NCBI GenBank assembly: GCA_016124955.1 | Contig: WGMR01000008.1 | Span: 18,004-82,003 of the forward strand | Source: Alphaproteobacteria bacterium | Lineage (GTDB): Bacteria; Pseudomonadota; Alphaproteobacteria; UBA9219; RFNS01 | Reading direction: 5' to 3' | DNA: 64,000 nt | In this document: positions 59,511 through 64,000 of the stretch, piece after piece | Numbering within the stretch: the first letter of the stretch is position 1 | Layout of the letters: every line of letters begins with the position of its first letter | Notes under the pieces: generated by a model | Told to the model about the DNA's origin: nothing | Database searches by the model: none | The model's input: only the letters and a program-made list of their open reading frames with translations | Made by a program: the position numbers and the translations under genes

Positions 59511-60548
59511 TCAGTAATTGTTTTGCTTGAACCAGTTTACGGCATCAAGGATGGCATCATACGCCGCGCGGGCGCGATAACCAAGCCGGCTTTCCGCCTT
59601 CTTGATGCTGAAAAACATCTTCTTTCTGGCCATATTCAGGCCATCAATGGTCACGAACGGGTCGCGGCCCGTGATGCGCGCGGCCAGCTCGGCCCCGAAG
59701 GCAATGGGGTAGATAAGCCCGCGCGGCAGCGCCAGCGTGGGCGGTTTGCGCCCGGTGATCTCGGCCACGTGGCGCAGAATATCGCGCAGCAGAAGATTCT
59801 CGCCGCCAAGAATGTATCGCTCGCCCACCTCGCCGCGGTCATAAGCCAGAACGTGGCCGATCGCGACATCGTCCACATGAACCACGTTCAAACCGGTATC
59901 GACGAAGGCGGGCATGCGGCCATGCATGGCCTCGACGATCATGCGCCCGGTCGGCGTCGGCTTGATATCGCGTGGGCCGATCGGGGCGGAAGGGTTGACG
60001 ATCACGGCGGGCAAGCCCTTTTCCGCGATCATCGCTTTCACCGTTTCCTCGGCCAGGAATTTGGATCGCTTGTAATGCCCGATCATGCCGCCAACATGCG
60101 AAGGCGTGGTTTCGTCAGCCGACGTGCCATCGGCGTTGCTGCCCAGCACGGCAACGGAACTGGTGTACACGATGCGCTTAACGCCCATCAAAAGCGCGGC
60201 GTTCATCAGCGCCTGCGTGCCTTCCACATTGGCCTGGTACATAGCGGCGGGGTTAGGCACCCAGATGCGGTAATCGGCGGCGATATGAAACAGCGCGTCG
60301 CATCCTGCCAGCGCGCGGGTCAGGGAATCGTGATCCAGCAGGTTGCCTTCCGCGATCTCGATATCAAGCCCCGCCAGGTTGCGCCTGTCGTTGTCCGGCC
60401 GGGTCAGGATCCGGACCCGGTGCCCTGCGGCCAGAAGCGCGCGCGTCACGGCCGCGCCGATGAAGCCGGTCGCGCCGGTCACAAGGGTTTGCTGCGGGAC
60501 GGTTTGCTGCGGCGGGGCTGGCTGGTTTGGGGTCTGCTCGGTTGTCAT
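59511..60548 (-). CDS. hpnA: Hopanoid-associated NAD-dependent epimerase/dehydratase
   Basis: TGATGFIG, AADYRIW, YTSSVA, YKRSK, GPRDIKPTPTG, FVDTGLN. Confidence 0.92.
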   Translation of the reverse strand: MTTEQTPNQPAPPQQTVPQQTLVTGATGFIGAAVTRALLAAGHRVRILTRPDNDRRNLAGLDIEIAEGNLLDHDSLTRALAGCDALFHIAADYRIWVPNPAAMYQANVEGTQALMNAALLMGVKRIVYTSSVAVLGSNADGTSADETTPSHVGGMIGHYKRSKFLAEETVKAMIAEKGLPAVIVNPSAPIGPRDIKPTPTGRMIVEAMHGRMPAFVDTGLNVVHVDDVAIGHVLAYDRGEVGERYILGGENLLLRDILRHVAEITGRKPPTLALPRGLIYPIAFGAELAARITGRDPFVTIDGLNMARKKMFFSIKKAESRLGYRARAAYDAILDAVNWFKQNNY

Positions 60549-60975
60549 GGGGGCCGTTTATACCATCCTGAAACCGGTGGGCTATCGAGATTTAGGCCAC
60601 GTTGTAATTCTGCAACAAGGCGTGCCAGGCGGGCAGGGCGGCTGACAAAAAGAATCCGGATCAATGGCTTAGCCATGGGCTGTTTTTCGTGTCCCTGAAA
60701 CCGTTCCGGACCCGGTTCAAAAAACCATGCTTTTCCACACGAATATAAATCGCTTACCCATTGATTCAAATAATAAATACATTGCCATGGCAAAGATATC
60801 CACAGACAATAGCCAAAGCATCATTCTGCCACAAAAAACACCGGTAAATTAGGTTAACGAAATCTCAATCGGTGGGGTCTTAACTGATGAATTGGGCATC
60901 CAGCGTTTGGCTCAAAGCGCTTTGTCCGTCCGTGACTTACGGGTCATGCGGCTAGCTGTATTGGGGGATACAAAA

Positions 60976-62784
60976 GTGCTCGTTTCGCTTCGCCTGCCGA
61001 TGATACTCGCGCTCTGCGCGCTGGCCTCGCTTCTGGTGCTGCCCGCTTGCAGCCCGGTCGATGTGAAGGAAGCGCAAAGCAACTATTCGCGGCAACCGGA
61101 ATTACCCGAAGTTCCCGATCCTTCTGAAACCGTTCGCGGCGCAGACGATCCGCCGGTGGTGACGTTGAAGATCGGCAGCTCGCTGCGCGACCGTCGCCTT
61201 TCGTCCGGCGATGAATTACCCGAAGATGTCATCTTGCCCACCACCAATTTGCAGGGCGTGCCGGTTACGGCCGCGCTTGAAGCCGTGCTGGCCGGTACCG
61301 ATATCGCGCTTTCCTACGAAACCGCGGCCTTCGACGACCGCATCATCAACCTGCTGAACCTCAGCGGCCCGTTGCCGCAGGTCGTGGAACGTATCTGCAA
61401 CGCCGCGCGCGTGTTCTGCAACAACCGCAGCGGCAGCCTTGAACTGGTGGCGCAAGACACCTTCATCATCGAACTTCCGCCGGTCGAAGATGAAAACGCC
61501 GCCAGCAGCACGATCGCGGATGCGATCAAGCAGCTTTCCGGCGGCGATGTGCAGGTCGATACCGCCGGCGGCAATCTGATCTATTCCGCCGATTATGAAG
61601 GCTATCACCGCGTCAACCAGTATCTGTCGCAGCTGCGCAACGGCCGTCCCTTGATCGTGATGCAGATGTATATCTGGGAAGTTTCGCTCGATGCCAACAA
61701 CAATTCCGGCATCAGCTGGACCAGCTTCGACCAAAGCGGCCTCGGCGGCCACCTGCAATCCGTCGATAACATCACCTCCAGCCTGTCCAACTCCGCCATC
61801 TCGGCGATCACCGGCGGCATGAGCCTCGGTGCCGTGCTGCGCGGCAAGGTGGATGCCAACCTGGTGGCCAAGTTCCTCTCCACCCAGGGCGTGGTGCAGA
61901 CGGTCAGTAACCCGCAAATGACCTTCGTGTCCGGCTCCAGCGCCAACTTCGTGATCGGCGGTACGCGCCGCTTCATCTCGCAGGTCGGTCAGCTGGTATC
62001 GAACACCGTGTCCGGCTCCAGCACGGGCACCAGCGGCATCGGCACCAACACGGTATCGACCGACGATATCGATGTCGGGCTCACGATTGATGTGCGCGGC
62101 AGCTATGAAGGCGGCGTGATTTTCGCGAAAATGAGCCTCGCGACCACCGATATCATCAAGGTTGAATCGGTTGATACCGGCTCGACCCAGCTGCAGCTTC
62201 CCGAAACCAGCGAACGCAAGCTTGAAACCGTGCTGCGCGTCCGCCCGGGCGATAACCTTCTGCTTGCGGGCATGAACTCGTCGCGCGACGAACTGGGCCG
62301 CGACAATATTCCGCTCCCGCTGCTCGGCCGGCTCCCGCTCGGGACATCCGACATCAAGCAGAACCGCGAACTCGTGATCCTGCTCAAACCCTCGATCGTC
62401 CTGTTCGCGGACGACGAACAAATCGAACAGGCCCGCAAGGAAGAGCGCCGCCGCCCGCTGCCCGAACCGGTGGTGATCGACAGCGCCGGCACCCGCCCGA
62501 TCGTGTATGAAGAAAAGCCGCGCACGCTCAGCGATGCGGCCGACGAAGCGGCGGCTTATGCCACGCTTAGCTCCGAGACCGAAGCCGTACCCGGCGAAAC
62601 GCCAGTAACGGCGGCAATCGCCAGCGGCAATCAGCAGGTCCTGTTCGGCCAGGTTGGCGGCACGCCGGTGGGCGAACCGGGGCCGGATGTTTCGCTGGTC
62701 GATCGCGGCATGCTGCAGCGCGGGTTTTCCTACGCCTTCGATGAACTGCTGACCCCGTCGCAGGATGTGGAGGCGCAGCCATGA
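60976..62784 (+). CDS. Lipoprotein secretin (type II/IV filament outer-membrane channel)
   Basis: Lipobox LPAC; IWEVSL, VQTVSNPQMT, VRPGDNLLLAG, RELVILLKP secretin motifs; start uncertain (60892-61000). Confidence 0.85.
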   Translation: MLVSLRLPMILALCALASLLVLPACSPVDVKEAQSNYSRQPELPEVPDPSETVRGADDPPVVTLKIGSSLRDRRLSSGDELPEDVILPTTNLQGVPVTAALEAVLAGTDIALSYETAAFDDRIINLLNLSGPLPQVVERICNAARVFCNNRSGSLELVAQDTFIIELPPVEDENAASSTIADAIKQLSGGDVQVDTAGGNLIYSADYEGYHRVNQYLSQLRNGRPLIVMQMYIWEVSLDANNNSGISWTSFDQSGLGGHLQSVDNITSSLSNSAISAITGGMSLGAVLRGKVDANLVAKFLSTQGVVQTVSNPQMTFVSGSSANFVIGGTRRFISQVGQLVSNTVSGSSTGTSGIGTNTVSTDDIDVGLTIDVRGSYEGGVIFAKMSLATTDIIKVESVDTGSTQLQLPETSERKLETVLRVRPGDNLLLAGMNSSRDELGRDNIPLPLLGRLPLGTSDIKQNRELVILLKPSIVLFADDEQIEQARKEERRRPLPEPVVIDSAGTRPIVYEEKPRTLSDAADEAAAYATLSSETEAVPGETPVTAAIASGNQQVLFGQVGGTPVGEPGPDVSLVDRGMLQRGFSYAFDELLTPSQDVEAQP

Positions 62785-64000
62785 TAGGCCGCCGCCGCTC
62801 AGCTTTGCCGGTGGCCGCGGTTATGCTTCTGGCCGCGCTGTTGTTGCCGTCCGCGGCGTTCGCGCGCGATGCGTCGTTTATCGAGCCGGGCACATCGGTC
62901 GGCAAGGGCGCCACCAACGAAGCGCTGGTGGCCGAACCAAAAGAAGTGGATACGGGCGAATCCGTCGTCGGCGTGGCGCGCCGCATCACGCTGTTCTTTT
63001 CAAACCAAAGCAACACCGGGGTTACGATCCGTGACATGACGGTCAACGGCGATGGCAACGTCACGACCGAAATTACCAGTGACGATTGCAAAAAGGTCGG
63101 CAAAATCCCGGCCTTCACCCGCTGCGCCGTGGTCATGTCGATCACGCCATCAAGTCCGGGCCCGTGGACGGTGGAAATCCTTGTCACGCATGACGGGCTC
63201 GGGCGCATCGCGCGTGCGACCGTCAACGGCATGACGCTGGGCGAACGCAAGGAATCGCAGGAAAAAAAGATGGGCCTCGCGCTCAACAACCAAAAGACCG
63301 ATCCGATCGATTTCGGCGAAGTTGAAATCGGCGTCGGCAAGCCGGTGCGCTCGGCGCTGATCTATAACGATAGCAACGAAGACATCACTATCATTTCCAT
63401 CGATCTGATCGCGGCCAGCAACGGCCTCGCGCGCCTCAATCAGGGCTGCGAGGTCGATATGACCCTGCGTCCCGGCGAGTCATGCCCGATCACGCTGCAA
63501 TGGACCCCGTTCCGCCGCAACACGATATCGACCGATCTGATCGTGCGGCATAGCGGCCGTGTCGGTTTCATGGTCGTGCAGGTGCGCGGCAAGACCACGG
63601 GCGAAGCCATGGCGGGCGCTGAAGGCGAAGGCGCCGAAGGCAATATGACCCGGATACCGGGTTTACCGCCGCCGCCGCCCTCGGCGGCCGAGCTTGGCAA
63701 TCTTATGAACAATGTCCCGCCCGTAAACGCCGGCGCGCTTTCCGGCCCGCCGCCGATGGCTTCGCAATCCTCTTCCGCGCCCGTGCATGCCGATATCTAT
63801 CTTGTCGGCACGGTCGGCAAGCGCGCGATCCTGCAACGCGGCGGCGGCGCCACCAAAGTCGTTGCCGAAGGCAGCGAAGGCAATGTTGGCGGCGTTTCGG
63901 TCCGGGTTATCAGCGTAAACCCGCGCGCCGCATCGGTAGAAATGAACGGCGAGACGCATGAATTGAAGCTTGGCGGTTCGCCCTACCGTCCGAGCCAGAA
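62781..64000 (+). CDS. Secreted protein with two Ig-like (ASH/choice-of-anchor-D-like) domains, Pro-rich linker and PilP/GspC-like domain; truncated by window edge
   Basis: Not in ORF track (no stop). ATGA overlap with the secretin, GGAGG RBS; MIGRRRSALPVAAVMLLAALLLPSAAFA signal; IDFGEV...TLRPGESCPITLQWTP; PPPPP; IYLVGTVGKRAIL. Confidence 0.7.
   Translation, partial: MIGRRRSALPVAAVMLLAALLLPSAAFARDASFIEPGTSVGKGATNEALVAEPKEVDTGESVVGVARRITLFFSNQSNTGVTIRDMTVNGDGNVTTEITSDDCKKVGKIPAFTRCAVVMSITPSSPGPWTVEILVTHDGLGRIARATVNGMTLGERKESQEKKMGLALNNQKTDPIDFGEVEIGVGKPVRSALIYNDSNEDITIISIDLIAASNGLARLNQGCEVDMTLRPGESCPITLQWTPFRRNTISTDLIVRHSGRVGFMVVQVRGKTTGEAMAGAEGEGAEGNMTRIPGLPPPPPSAAELGNLMNNVPPVNAGALSGPPPMASQSSSAPVHADIYLVGTVGKRAILQRGGGATKVVAEGSEGNVGGVSVRVISVNPRAASVEMNGETHELKLGGSPYRPSQ

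Overview
GC-rich alphaproteobacterial chromosomal segment; the lineage is inferred from gene order (lysC-ptsP-rodZ-ispG-prfA-prmC, coaBC-dut, hpn genes) and from CtrA-like motifs. It is mostly housekeeping: queA-tgt, coaBC-dut-ugd, apaG, gyrB, epmA, UDG, ETF-QO, ubiG, class I RNR nrdA/nrdB, tRNA-Gly(CCC), and a hopanoid pathway split into three blocks (shc-hpnG; ispH-hpnH; hpnABCDE). The accessory elements of most interest are: (1) a luciferase-less ACP / AMP-ligase / LuxE / LuxC / sugar-acyltransferase operon next to a Tad pilin-like gene; (2) an islet with AT-rich spacers at the tRNA-Gly 3' end, holding a tandem-GNAT protein, two paralogous XRE regulators with TrmB-like C-termini, an antirepressor-like protein and two paralogous microproteins; (3) a lower-GC three-lipoprotein operon whose last gene has an in-frame TAA, abutting a frameshifted lysE/argO; (4) a lipoprotein secretin followed by an unusual Ig-like + PilP-like protein running off the window end. 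All family calls are by-eye motif recognition; no searches were run.
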